Assembly (NCBI GenBank): GCA_902785135.1
Contig: CACZXL010000007.1
Coordinates: 6,016-70,015 of the forward strand
From: an uncultured Erysipelotrichaceae bacterium
GTDB taxonomy: Bacteria; Bacillota_I; Bacilli_A; RF39; UBA660
Direction: 5' to 3'
DNA: 64,000 nt
The notes beneath the pieces are model-generated. The model saw only the letters and a program-made list of their open reading frames with translations. It did not search any database and was not told where the DNA came from. Positions 30,963 to 40,619 of this stretch are shown piece after piece (position 1 is the first letter of the stretch; each line of letters begins with the position of its first letter). Both the position numbers and the translations under genes were made by a program.

Positions 30963-31036
30963 GGACCTATAGCCAAGTGGTAAGGCACGGGACTGCAACT
31001 CCCTGATCGTTGGTTCAAATCCGACTAGGTCCTCCA
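30963..31036 (+). tRNA. tRNA-Cys (GCA)
   Basis: Acceptor stem ggaccta/taggtcc, anticodon loop ctGCAac, T-arm gttgg-ttcaaat-ccgac, encoded CCA. Confidence 0.85.
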
Positions 31037-31042
31037 TGGATT

Positions 31043-31117
31043 GCAGGTGTAGTACAATGGTTAGTACGAGGCCTTGCCAAGGCTTAGACGAGAGTTCGAT
31101 TCTCTTCACCTGCTCCA
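31043..31117 (+). tRNA. tRNA-Gly (GCC)
   Basis: Acceptor stem gcaggtg/cacctgc, anticodon loop ttGCCaa, T-loop ttcgatt, discriminator U, encoded CCA. Confidence 0.9.
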
Positions 31118-31127
31118 TATGTAAATA

Positions 31128-31152
31128 ACGCCATTATAGGCGTTTTTTTTAT
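31128..31152 (+). terminator. Terminator after the tRNA pair
   Basis: aacgcc-attatag-gcgtt followed by T8. Confidence 0.65.
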
Positions 31153-31174
31153 GGAGCGGTGAAGAGAATCTAAA

Positions 31175-31207
31175 TAAAAAAACTAGTCAATGACTAGTTT
31201 TGTTTTT
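31175..31207. terminator. Palindromic bidirectional terminator (copy 1), A-run, CTAGTCAATGACTAG, T-run
   Basis: Perfect 15-bp palindrome at 31183-31197 flanked by A7 and T-rich tracts. It supplies the TAG stop of the minus-strand gene that ends at 31194. Confidence 0.6.
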
Positions 31208-32024
31208 CCACAATATATTTTAATGCTTTATTAGATTTATTCTTATAATGTTCTTCATATCTTTTTTTATAATCAATTAATTCTAATGTTTTTATTAAAA
31301 AGTCTATATCTTTTATTTCGGAAGGATTCTTAAATATTACTTTTTTTGCTTCTTCTAAGCTCATATCTTTAATTATAGGGTATAAATCTGGCCATAATAA
31401 CTTAATATGCTCTACATAGTTACGTTTTGGATCAACTTCCCACATTATATCCTCGTCATAAACATATTCTTTTTTATTTTTACTATCCCTAATTACATCA
31501 TGTATATCATACATATAGTTATGAGGTAATATGTCCTTATTAAAATCTCTATTTATAACACCCTTTGTAATGTTATATGTATTATCTGGATTAAAAATAT
31601 GATATGGCAATACCCCATTCATTTTTTTGTGTATAATATTAACTTCCCAACTAAGGTTTTTAGGTTTTTCAAATTCATGATATACAAAATTTCCATTTTC
31701 CAAATTTATTTTACTTGTTGAAGCCTTTCTTAAAAAAATATCATCATAAGGATATGCATAAAAAGTAATTAAATTTAAATCATCATTATTCTTATTATAC
31801 GAATATAATTTAACATCATTCCAACCAAATTTTGAATATAGCGATAATTCTGATATGAAAAATCTTTCATCATATTCTCTCGTATCAATACCTGAGTAAT
31901 TTGCAAGCTCTTTCATTTTAAAAATCATGTAACTATAAAAATCTATTTGTTCCTTTTTATCTTTATCTGAATCATATTCTTTATTATACATTTCTGTTAA
32001 AAAATCTTTAATTGTTTCTCCCAT
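31194..32024 (-). CDS. Hypothetical protein (276 aa)
   Basis: ORF with ggagg-like Shine-Dalgarno (revcomp of 32026-32040). No recognisable domain. Confidence 0.5.
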   Translation of the reverse strand: MGETIKDFLTEMYNKEYDSDKDKKEQIDFYSYMIFKMKELANYSGIDTREYDERFFISELSLYSKFGWNDVKLYSYNKNNDDLNLITFYAYPYDDIFLRKASTSKINLENGNFVYHEFEKPKNLSWEVNIIHKKMNGVLPYHIFNPDNTYNITKGVINRDFNKDILPHNYMYDIHDVIRDSKNKKEYVYDEDIMWEVDPKRNYVEHIKLLWPDLYPIIKDMSLEEAKKVIFKNPSEIKDIDFLIKTLELIDYKKRYEEHYKNKSNKALKYIVEKQN

Positions 32025-32317
32025 AAATCCTCCATAATAATTATTATATCAAATTTTTATGATAATTCTTTCTTTTTAGTTTTCTTTTTTACCTAAAATA
32101 CTTTCAGGTTGATAATATAGTTTTTTAAATAAGAATTCTTCTTTATCATCAAGTTTAGTAAAAAAATTTTTTACTTGCATTGACATGCTCACAATATCTT
32201 TCTCCTTCTTGACTTAGTATTATAGCATTAATTATATGAATTTAAATAAAATAATCTAAAATAATTGATTATTTTTTTTATTAGTATATAATAAAAAATT
32301 ATTAGAGGAGTGTTATT

Positions 32318-32839
32318 ATGTCTGTTATTAAATCAGAATATGTTTTAGCAAATGCATTTTTAAGTACAAATAATGAAAGATTATCTATAGATATGTTATT
32401 TGATTATTATACTGATTTTAAGAAAAAAATTGAAAGCATTGAACAATATAAAGTTACCGCTTTTTCATTAGAAAGACTTCTTAGTAGTTTTGATAAAACT
32501 TTTAAATTAGAAAAAGATGATTTTAATATTACTATTGATAAAGATTTTGATAAACAAATATTAAGAGAAGGTCTACCAGATTTAATAATTGGTTTATTTG
32601 AAGAAACAGGTAATGAATTAAAAATGAGAAGTTGTCTTAACTGTTATAATAGTTGTTATATTACTAGAAATGGAGTTGAAAATCTGTTTTGTATTATGAA
32701 TGAACCATATAATTATCCACCATTTATGGTAGATGAAGATGATTATTGTAAAGAACATATATTTGTGGATGGTAATTGTTGCAAAGATGAAAAAGATGAA
32801 TTACATAAATCAAGAAAAATGGTAAATAAAAAAAACTAG
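32318..32839 (+). CDS. Hypothetical protein with cysteine-rich C-terminal half
   Basis: C-terminal CLNCYNSCY...FC...YCKEH...GNCCKD pattern suggests a metal-binding module. aggag lies upstream of the ATG. Confidence 0.5.
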   Translation: MSVIKSEYVLANAFLSTNNERLSIDMLFDYYTDFKKKIESIEQYKVTAFSLERLLSSFDKTFKLEKDDFNITIDKDFDKQILREGLPDLIIGLFEETGNELKMRSCLNCYNSCYITRNGVENLFCIMNEPYNYPPFMVDEDDYCKEHIFVDGNCCKDEKDELHKSRKMVNKKN

Positions 32840-32860
32840 TCATTGACTAGTCTTTTTTTG
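32829..32860. terminator. Palindromic bidirectional terminator (copy 2), A-run, CTAGTCATTGACTAG, T-run
   Basis: 15-bp palindrome at 32836-32850, differing from copy 1 only at the central base. It supplies TAG stops for both convergent genes (+ strand 32837-39, - strand 32847-49). Confidence 0.6.
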
Positions 32861-33623
32861 TAATATCTTTTACTTTATTAACTGCTTTACCTACATTCTT
32901 TTCTCCAAATGCTTGAAGAACTTCAATAGGTATAGCAAATATAATTGTATTAGATTGATCTGATGATAGATCGTTTAATGTTGCTAATGTTCTTAGGTGT
33001 AATGCACCAGGAGAATCACTTAATACGCTTGCAGCTTTAGCTAAGTTATCAGCAGCTTCTTTTTCACCTTTAGACTTAGTGATAACTGCTTCTTTTTCTC
33101 TTTCAGCTTCAGCAACTTTAGCAATAACTCTTTGCATTTCTTCTGGAAGTTTAACGTCTTTTAATTCAACGTTTTCAACTTTTATTCCCCAAGGATCAGT
33201 AGCTTCATCTATAACTTTACAAATTTCAGTAGATATTTTATCTCTTTCAGATAATAATTCATCTAAAGAAACTGCTCCAACAGCATTTCTCATTGTTGTT
33301 TGAGCTAATTGTCCAACAGCATATTGATATCTTTCAACAGCAAGTATACATTTAGATGCATCAAATACTTTATAGTATATAACTGCATTAATTCTAATAG
33401 ATACGTTATCTTTTGTAATAGCGTCTTGTTCTGGAACATCAACTGCTTTAGTTCTTATATCTACTTTTTTATACGATTCTATTACTGGTAAAACAATTTT
33501 CCAACCTGGTTTCATTATTTTAACAAATTTACCAAATCTAAATTTGATACCTCTTTCATATTCAGAAATTTGTCTAATAGATATTAGTATTATAAATATA
33601 ATTACTCCTATTAAAATATACAT
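32847..33623 (-). CDS. SPFH/band-7 (stomatin/prohibitin-like) membrane protein
   Basis: N-terminal TM helix, then YERGIKFRFGKF...VDIRTKAVDVPEQDAITKDNVSIRINAVIYYKV and AEAEREKEA coiled-coil. Start at 33623 follows aggagg; the track start at 33737 is too early. Confidence 0.8.
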   Translation of the reverse strand: MYILIGVIIFIILISIRQISEYERGIKFRFGKFVKIMKPGWKIVLPVIESYKKVDIRTKAVDVPEQDAITKDNVSIRINAVIYYKVFDASKCILAVERYQYAVGQLAQTTMRNAVGAVSLDELLSERDKISTEICKVIDEATDPWGIKVENVELKDVKLPEEMQRVIAKVAEAEREKEAVITKSKGEKEAADNLAKAASVLSDSPGALHLRTLATLNDLSSDQSNTIIFAIPIEVLQAFGEKNVGKAVNKVKDITKKD

Positions 33624-33723
33624 ATTATCCTCCTTTGTTATATTATATCTTTTTTCTGGATTAAAAATCAATATTTCTTGAAAAATATGTCTTATTAATA
33701 TATACTTATTATAGAAAGGAGTT

Positions 33724-33981
33724 ATGAATATGAACATAGATATAACTTCAATTATTACATATGGCGTGATCGCATTATTAATAATAATATTGATAATTGT
33801 TATAGTTTCAATAATAAAATCTAAACGTTCTAAAAAAGAACCTAGTGCTAGTATTCTAGATGTTAATTTAGATGGAGTACCTGATTCAAATGATAGAACA
33901 TTTAATTATGGTTATGAAAAAGAAGATACAATTGTTATGAATCCTGTTGAAGGTGAAAATAACGAGATAGAAAAGAAATAG
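33724..33981 (+). CDS. Small single-pass membrane protein
   Basis: TM helix GVIALLIIILIIVIVSII, then a charged tail. Confidence 0.45.
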   Translation: MNMNIDITSIITYGVIALLIIILIIVIVSIIKSKRSKKEPSASILDVNLDGVPDSNDRTFNYGYEKEDTIVMNPVEGENNEIEKK

Positions 33982-33985
33982 TTAA

Positions 33986-34549
33986 CTATTTCTTTTTTTC
34001 TTTTTTATTATATATTTCATATAATCTTTTAAATCTTTCAAAGTGTACTATTTCTCTTTGTCTTAAAAAAGATAATGGTGATAATATATCGGGATCATCA
34101 GTTAAATCCATTAAGTTTTCGTATGTTGCTCTTGCTTTTTGTTCAGCAGCCATATCTTCAGAGATATCTGCTAATGGATCACCTGTAACAGCAAAGTATT
34201 CTACAGAAAAAGGTATTCCATTAGAATTTTCAGGATATATACCTAGTTTATGTTCAGTATACTGAGAACCTAATCCTTCTTTTTCTAATTCTTCAGCAGT
34301 TGCACCTTCAAGTAATTGATAGACCATCGCACTTATTATTTCCATATGTGCCATTTCTTCTGTTGCAATATCAGTTAGTTCACTTTTACCAAAATCATCA
34401 GGCATAGTATATCTTTGATTTAAATATCTAAGCGTCGCACCTAATTCCCCATTAGGTCCTCCACACTGAGTAATTATATACTTTGCCATTTTTATATTTT
34501 TATTTTTTATATTTACAGGAAACTGTAATTTTTTTTCATATTTCCACAT
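33986..34549 (-). CDS. cotJC: CotJC-type manganese catalase / rubrerythrin-like spore coat protein
   Basis: MWKYEKKLQFPV N-terminus typical of CotJC. Di-metal ligands sit in EEMAHMEI and ATEEMAH contexts. Its start overlaps the cotJB stop by 4 nt (ATGA). Confidence 0.8.
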   Translation of the reverse strand: MWKYEKKLQFPVNIKNKNIKMAKYIITQCGGPNGELGATLRYLNQRYTMPDDFGKSELTDIATEEMAHMEIISAMVYQLLEGATAEELEKEGLGSQYTEHKLGIYPENSNGIPFSVEYFAVTGDPLADISEDMAAEQKARATYENLMDLTDDPDILSPLSFLRQREIVHFERFKRLYEIYNKKEKKK

Positions 34550-34551
34550 AT

Positions 34552-34914
34552 TTACATCCTTTCCCAAGGCCAAGGAGAATTGACCCAGTCCCATTTAAAA
34601 TCTTCGTTTATTCCTAGACATATTCTTCCATATCTAGATTCATATTCTTTTTCTAATTTATCTGCTTCTTCTTTATATTGGTTATATAAACCGATCGCTT
34701 GAATATCATTAGGGTATACATCTAAATATAAATTCATTTCATGCGCAGCGAAACAATATCTTTGTAAGTTTATTAGTAATTCTTCTTGAGAATTATTTCC
34801 TCTAACATTTGCAATATATTTATATGGCCAAAATAAATTATCAAACATATTACCTCTATTAAAACCTTCATCAACACTAACTAATTTATTGTTTGTTGAT
34901 AAATTATCGTACAT
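34552..34914 (-). CDS. cotJB: CotJB-family spore coat protein, possibly with an N-terminal extension
   Basis: C-terminal 85 aa (LINLQRYCFAAHEMNLYLDVYPND...NSPWPWE) matches CotJB. The N-terminal ~35 aa are unassigned. Confidence 0.6.
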   Translation of the reverse strand: MYDNLSTNNKLVSVDEGFNRGNMFDNLFWPYKYIANVRGNNSQEELLINLQRYCFAAHEMNLYLDVYPNDIQAIGLYNQYKEEADKLEKEYESRYGRICLGINEDFKWDWVNSPWPWERM

Positions 34915-35006
34915 CTAATCATTCCTTTCTTTTTATACTATGATAAATGCCTTATATTTCATAGTTAAAAAGCCTATTTTATGTTAAAATTATTATGGGT
35001 GATATA

Positions 35007-36209
35007 ATGGATAGAATTATTATGCATATTGATGTTAATTCAGCTTTTTTATCTTGGTCTGCCTTAAAATTATTAAAGGAAGGTTCTAAGATAGATTTAA
35101 GAAATGAAATATCTGTTGTATCAGGTAGAGAAGCTAGTAGACATGGTATAGTTGTTGCGGCCTCTATACCCGCTAAAAAGATTGGCATTAGATCACCAAT
35201 GAATCTTAGAGATGCAAAAAAAATATACAAAGATGTAATTGTTACTCATCAAGATAGAGAGTTTTATAAAGAGTGTTCTAAGAATATGCTTAGATTAATA
35301 AAATATTTATTTCCTAAGTATGAACAGTATTCTATAGATGAATGTTTTGTTGATTATACTGAAATGAAAAAGTTATATGGTGATGAAGTAAAATTCGCAC
35401 ATAAATTAAAAAATGAAATATATAAAAGGTTTGGTTTTACTGTTAATGTTGGGATAGGTAACAATAAATTACTCGCAAAAATGGCAAGTGATTTTGAAAA
35501 ACCAAATAAAGTTCATACTTTATATCTAAATGAAATAGAAGAAAAAATGTGGCCTCTTCCTATATCTGATTTATTTATGGCTGGTAAATCAGCTTGTCAG
35601 AAATTAAAAGGACTAGGGATAGAGACTATTGGAGATCTTGCTAAATATGATCAAAATAAACTAATAGGTCTCCTAAAATCACATGGCAAAATGCTTTATG
35701 AATACGCAAATGGTATTGATGATTCTCCTGTGGAAAATAGATATGATGATAGAAAAGGTATTGGTTTTTCAAAAACAATGGAAGATGATATAGAAGATAA
35801 AGCTACAATATATGAAATGCTTAGTAAGTTTTCAAATCAAATATCTTTAGAATTAAAAAAGAGAGGGATGTACGCAAAAACATTAGTGGTAACTATAAGA
35901 TATGCTTCTTTTAAAACATATAATCATCAAATTAAATTTGAAAATAATACAAATTTAGAAGAAGAAATATTTAAATATTCAAAACAAGCTTTTAATAAAT
36001 TATGGAATCTTGAACCAATAAGATTAATAGGTCTTAGAGTATCAGATTTATCTAATAATAATGATATACAGTTATCTTTATTTGATGAAAATAATAAAGT
36101 AATAACAGAAAAAGAAATAGATAAGTTAATAGATGATATTAATAAAGAATTTGGTTCTGGTACAGTATTTAAAGGGTTTAATAATGTAAATCAAAAGAAA
36201 AAGTCTTGA
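35007..36209 (+). CDS. Y-family translesion DNA polymerase (DinB/UmuC-like)
   Basis: IMHIDVNSAFLSWSA N-terminus, SIDECFVD catalytic block, HhH/little-finger region. Confidence 0.8.
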   Translation: MDRIIMHIDVNSAFLSWSALKLLKEGSKIDLRNEISVVSGREASRHGIVVAASIPAKKIGIRSPMNLRDAKKIYKDVIVTHQDREFYKECSKNMLRLIKYLFPKYEQYSIDECFVDYTEMKKLYGDEVKFAHKLKNEIYKRFGFTVNVGIGNNKLLAKMASDFEKPNKVHTLYLNEIEEKMWPLPISDLFMAGKSACQKLKGLGIETIGDLAKYDQNKLIGLLKSHGKMLYEYANGIDDSPVENRYDDRKGIGFSKTMEDDIEDKATIYEMLSKFSNQISLELKKRGMYAKTLVVTIRYASFKTYNHQIKFENNTNLEEEIFKYSKQAFNKLWNLEPIRLIGLRVSDLSNNNDIQLSLFDENNKVITEKEIDKLIDDINKEFGSGTVFKGFNNVNQKKKS

Positions 36210-36254
36210 TATTTAATATAAAAACAAACTATAATAAAAGAAGGAGGGATACTT

Positions 36255-36476
36255 ATGAATAATGATAAAGTATTACGATCTTATAGACACACTACTTCTG
36301 ATCCAGATGCTGTAGAAAAGAAAATATTAGAAAACTACATAAATAATCCTGATGTAGAAGTAAAAATTCAAAGAGTTCCGGCTGGTGGGGAAGGTTTATT
36401 ATCTGGAAGAGGAAATAAAAATGACACTACATTAATTATAAATATTTGTGAAAAAAAACCAAAAAGAACTTTATAA
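36255..36476 (+). CDS. Small hypothetical protein downstream of the Y-family polymerase
   Basis: 73-aa ORF with aggagg Shine-Dalgarno. Position is reminiscent of the small genes that follow polY genes in Bacillus. Weak assignment. Confidence 0.35.
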   Translation: MNNDKVLRSYRHTTSDPDAVEKKILENYINNPDVEVKIQRVPAGGEGLLSGRGNKNDTTLIINICEKKPKRTL

Positions 36477-36527
36477 AAAACATTATAATATGTTTTTTTT
36501 TGGTATAATGAATAAGGGTGAACATAT

Positions 36528-38666
36528 ATGAATGAACAAATAATAAAAGAAATAGCCTTAGAACAAGGTATTAAAGAAGAACAAGTATCTAAAACATTAG
36601 AAATGTTATCAGAAGGTAATACAATTCCTTTTATCGCAAGATATAGAAAAGATGTTACTGGTAATTTAGATGAAGATAAAATAAAAGCAATATCTGATGT
36701 TTATGAATACCAATGTAATTTATTAAAAAGAAAAGAAGATGTAATTAGATTAATAGATGAAAAAGGTCTTCTTACTGATGAATTAAAAGCTCAAATAATG
36801 AAAGCTGAAAAATTAGTAGATGTAGAAGATATTTATAGACCATATAAAGAAAAGAAAAAGACTAAAGCTACAGAAGCAATTAAAAATGGTTTAGAACCAC
36901 TTGCGAAGATTATTCTATCTTTTCCAGATACTTTATATGTGGATAAGTTTATTAATGAAAATGTTAAGACTAAGGAAGATGCTATACAAGGTGCTATGTA
37001 TATAATCGCAGAATATATTTCTGATAATGCATATTATAGAAAATGGATTAGAAATTTTACTTATAAAACAGGTAAAATTAAAACCAAATTAAAAAAGAAT
37101 GCAGTAGATGAAAAGAAAATATATGAAATGTATTATGAATATGAAGAAGATGTTAAATTTATTAAACCACATAGAGTACTTGCAGTTAATAGAGCAGAAA
37201 AAGAAGATGTTATATCTGTTTCTATTGAAGTAGATAAGAATAAAATATATTCATTTTTAGAAGAAAAGATGGTTAAAAAAGAAAATGAATGTGCAGAATT
37301 AGTTAGAGAATCTATAAAAGATAGTTATGCTAGATTAATTGGTCCATCTATTGAAAGAGAAATAAGAAGTGAACTATCTGAAGAAGCAGGAGATGTCGCA
37401 ATAGAAAATTTTGGTAAGAACTTAGAAAGTTTATTACTTCAACCACCAATTAAAGATAAGAGAGTGCTTGCTTTTGATCCGGGTTATACTAATGGATGTA
37501 AATTAGCATGTTTAGATGAAACAGGGAAGTATTTATATTCATGTGTAATTAAACCATTCGCATCATCTGAAAAGTCATTAATTGATGCTAAAAATACATT
37601 ATTAAAACTAATAAAAGAATATAAAATAGATATTGTTTCTATTGGTAATGGAACTGCATCAAGAGAATCAGAAAAATTAATCGCTGATCTAATTAATGAA
37701 TATAAATTAGATACTAAATATATAATTGTTAATGAAGCTGGAGCATCTATTTATAGTACTGAAAAAGTTGCGCAAGAAGAATTTCCTGATCTTTCTCCAA
37801 ATGAAAGAAGTGCAGTATCAATTGGAAGAAGATTACAAGATCCGCTAGCAGAATTAGTTAAGATTCCACCAGATGGAATTGGAGTAGGTCTATATCAACA
37901 TGATGTATCTGATTCTAAATTAAAAGATAGATTGGATTTCGTTGTGGAAAAGTCAGTTAATACAGTAGGTGTTAATATCAATACTGCATCTTCTTCTATT
38001 CTTAAATATATTTCTGGTTTAACAAAAAGATCTATTGATAAGATAATAGAATTTAGAAATAAAAATGGTAAGATTACATCAAGAGAAGAGTTAAAGAAAA
38101 AGAAAGTATTAACAGACAAAACTTATGAACAAGCAATAGGTTTTATGAGAATACTTGATGGAGATAATGTATTAGATAAAACTAGTATCCACCCAGAAAG
38201 TTATGATGTAACTTTAAAACTACTTGAATCAATTAATTCTAATTTAGATGAAATAGGTACTGAAAAACTTATAAATAAGTTGGATAATATAGATTTAGAA
38301 TCTAAATCAAAAGAATTAAATATAGATATATATACTTTAGAAGATATAGTTAAATCTCTTCAAAAACCAAATAGAGATCCAAGAGATGAGTTACAAGCAC
38401 CAATACTTAAAAGTAATGTTCTAGAAATAGATGACTTAGAAAAAGGTATGAAATTAGAAGGAACTGTTAGAAATGTTGTAGACTTTGGTGCGTTTGTAGA
38501 TATAGGTCTTCATAATGATGGTCTAGTACATATTTCAGAAATATCTGATTCTTATATTAAACATCCAAGTGATGTATTATCAGTAGGAGATATAGTAACA
38601 GTATATGTTAAAGATATATTTAAAGATAAAGAAAAAGTTTCTTTAACAATGAAAGAAGAATCATAA
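36528..38666 (+). CDS. tex: Tex-like transcription accessory protein (YqgF/HhH/S1 domains)
   Basis: 712 aa. IARYRKDVTGNLDED N-terminus, YqgF-like core, C-terminal S1 domain (GTVRNVVDFGAFVDIG). Confidence 0.9.
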   Translation: MNEQIIKEIALEQGIKEEQVSKTLEMLSEGNTIPFIARYRKDVTGNLDEDKIKAISDVYEYQCNLLKRKEDVIRLIDEKGLLTDELKAQIMKAEKLVDVEDIYRPYKEKKKTKATEAIKNGLEPLAKIILSFPDTLYVDKFINENVKTKEDAIQGAMYIIAEYISDNAYYRKWIRNFTYKTGKIKTKLKKNAVDEKKIYEMYYEYEEDVKFIKPHRVLAVNRAEKEDVISVSIEVDKNKIYSFLEEKMVKKENECAELVRESIKDSYARLIGPSIEREIRSELSEEAGDVAIENFGKNLESLLLQPPIKDKRVLAFDPGYTNGCKLACLDETGKYLYSCVIKPFASSEKSLIDAKNTLLKLIKEYKIDIVSIGNGTASRESEKLIADLINEYKLDTKYIIVNEAGASIYSTEKVAQEEFPDLSPNERSAVSIGRRLQDPLAELVKIPPDGIGVGLYQHDVSDSKLKDRLDFVVEKSVNTVGVNINTASSSILKYISGLTKRSIDKIIEFRNKNGKITSREELKKKKVLTDKTYEQAIGFMRILDGDNVLDKTSIHPESYDVTLKLLESINSNLDEIGTEKLINKLDNIDLESKSKELNIDIYTLEDIVKSLQKPNRDPRDELQAPILKSNVLEIDDLEKGMKLEGTVRNVVDFGAFVDIGLHNDGLVHISEISDSYIKHPSDVLSVGDIVTVYVKDIFKDKEKVSLTMKEES

Positions 38667-38679
38667 GATTCTTTTTTTA

Positions 38680-38708
38680 TTGACAATTAATATTAAAAGA
38701 TTTATAAT
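38680..38708 (+). promoter_or_regulatory. Consensus sigma-A promoter, TTGACA, 17 nt, TATAAT
   Basis: Perfect -35 at 38680-38685 and -10 at 38703-38708 with 17-nt spacer. It drives the metG T-box leader. Confidence 0.7.
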
Positions 38709-38710
38709 CT

Positions 38711-38970
38711 ATTTATCTTGAAAACCTTTGATGGGAAGAGTAAAAAGATGGATTTTATAGAGAGTCTATGGTTGGTGGAAATAGATATTAAAGTCTTTTG
38801 AACATGGTCCTTGAATAGGTGATTAACTGATATGTAAGTTAATACAGGTGTGCCTGTTACAGCACTAAACCAAATTGGTTATTAAGGTTAATATAGTAAT
38901 ATATTAATGAAAAAGAGTGGTAACACGAGTTTGATCGTCTCTTAGAAGTTTTCTTCTAAGAGTTTTTTAT
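38711..38970 (+). promoter_or_regulatory. T-box riboswitch leader upstream of metG-proS
   Basis: Stem I AGAGAGTCTATGGTTGGTGGAAATAG is nearly identical to the gltX leader. Candidate Met specifier ATG in gaacATGGtcc. T-box-like aGTGGTAACACGag. Terminator tctcttagaag-ttttc-ttctaagag plus T6 at 38938-38968. Confidence 0.65.
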
Positions 38971-38987
38971 TTAAAGGAGGAATAAAA

Positions 38988-40619
38988 ATGAATATAATAG
39001 TAGGTATAAGTTGGCCATTTGCGAATGGTGATCTTCATATTGGGCATGCTGCATCTTCTTTACCAGGGGATGTAATCGCAAGATACCATAGATTAAAAGG
39101 TAATAATGTATTAATGGTATCAGGTACTGATTCACATGGTACACCAATTGAAGTTAAAGCTTTAAAAGAAAATAAAAATCCTAAAGATATAGTTTCTGAA
39201 TGTCATAAAGCTTTTACTAAAGATTGGATAGATCTTGGTATGAGTTATGATCTATTTAATAGAACTGATGATGATTATCATAAAGAATTTGTTCAAGAAC
39301 AATTTAAAAAATATGATGAAAATGGTCTATTATATGAAAAAGAAGAAGAACAATTATACTGTGAAAACTGTAATATGTTTTTAGCGGACCGTTACATATT
39401 AGGTACTTGTCCAAAGTGTGGCGCTGATATTAAAGGTGATGAATGTGAAAAATGTGGTAGTCTTTTAACTATTGATGAAGTAAAAGATACTAGATGCGCA
39501 ATATGTGGAAATCCTACAACTAAAAAAGCAAATAAGAATCTTTATTTTAAATTATCTAAATTTGAAGATGATATTAGAAAAATGTGTGAAGAACATAAAG
39601 ATTTATGGAGAGATAACGCAGTTAAGTTTACTGAAAGATATTTAAATGAAGGTATACCTGATAGATGTGTATCTAGAGTACAAAAATATGGTATAGATAT
39701 ACCTGTTAAAGGATATGAAGATAAGAAATTATATGGTTGGTTTGAAAATGTATGGGGTTATGTAACTGCATCTAAAAAACAAGCTGAAGCTCAAGGATTA
39801 GATTGGAATGACTTTTGGAAAAAAGATAGAGATAATAAAATATATCTAGTACACGCTAAAGATAATATTCCTTTCCATACAGTAATATTCCCAATATTAT
39901 TAATGGGTACAAATGATAATTATAAAATGCCAGATAAAATAGTTTCAGATGAATATGTAAATATTGAAGGAGAAAAATTATCTAAGAGTAAGGGTAATTA
40001 TATTCCAATAAGACATTTACTAGATAGATATTCAGTTGATACAACTAGATATTTCTTAACTAGTAATGATCCAGAAAACAAGGACTTTAATTTTACTTGG
40101 GAAGGATTTATTAATTCACATAATGGTGAACTTTTAGGTAAATGGGGAAATTTTGTTAATAGAACACTTCAATTTATAAATAAGTCATTTGATGGAAAAC
40201 TATCTAATACAGAAATAGATTCAGAAATTGAATCTAAGTTAAAAGAATTATATGTTACAGTAGGTAGTGATATAGATAATGGTGATATTAAAAAAGGTAT
40301 TGAAACTATATTTGATTTCATATCTTATTCAAATAAATATTTTGATGAAAATGAACCATGGAATCTTGCTAAAACTGATGTAGATAAATGTGAAAAGGTT
40401 TTATATAATTGTTGTAACATTATTTTAAACGTAAATAATTTATTAAAACCTTATTTAATAGAAAGTACTGCAAAAGTAGAAAAATACTTGAATAAGGGTA
40501 TTAAAACATGGAATTATGAAAGATTAGAGGAAGTAAATTTAGAAAAAGAAATAGAAGCTTTATTTGTTAGATATGATAAATCATTAATAGAAGAAGAAAA
40601 AAGTATATTAGGTAAATAA
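38988..40619 (+). CDS. metG: Methionine--tRNA ligase (short form without C-terminal tRNA-binding domain)
   Basis: PFANGDLHIGHA (HIGH), zinc knuckles CENC...CPKC, KLSKSKGN (KMSKS). Confidence 0.9.
   Translation: MNIIVGISWPFANGDLHIGHAASSLPGDVIARYHRLKGNNVLMVSGTDSHGTPIEVKALKENKNPKDIVSECHKAFTKDWIDLGMSYDLFNRTDDDYHKEFVQEQFKKYDENGLLYEKEEEQLYCENCNMFLADRYILGTCPKCGADIKGDECEKCGSLLTIDEVKDTRCAICGNPTTKKANKNLYFKLSKFEDDIRKMCEEHKDLWRDNAVKFTERYLNEGIPDRCVSRVQKYGIDIPVKGYEDKKLYGWFENVWGYVTASKKQAEAQGLDWNDFWKKDRDNKIYLVHAKDNIPFHTVIFPILLMGTNDNYKMPDKIVSDEYVNIEGEKLSKSKGNYIPIRHLLDRYSVDTTRYFLTSNDPENKDFNFTWEGFINSHNGELLGKWGNFVNRTLQFINKSFDGKLSNTEIDSEIESKLKELYVTVGSDIDNGDIKKGIETIFDFISYSNKYFDENEPWNLAKTDVDKCEKVLYNCCNIILNVNNLLKPYLIESTAKVEKYLNKGIKTWNYERLEEVNLEKEIEALFVRYDKSLIEEEKSILGK

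Noticed and set aside
34552-34914. cotJA-cotJB fusion
   Set aside because: The N-terminal 35 aa of the 120-aa ORF do not show the CotJA pattern I remember. More likely a mis-called start or a short lineage-specific extension of CotJB.
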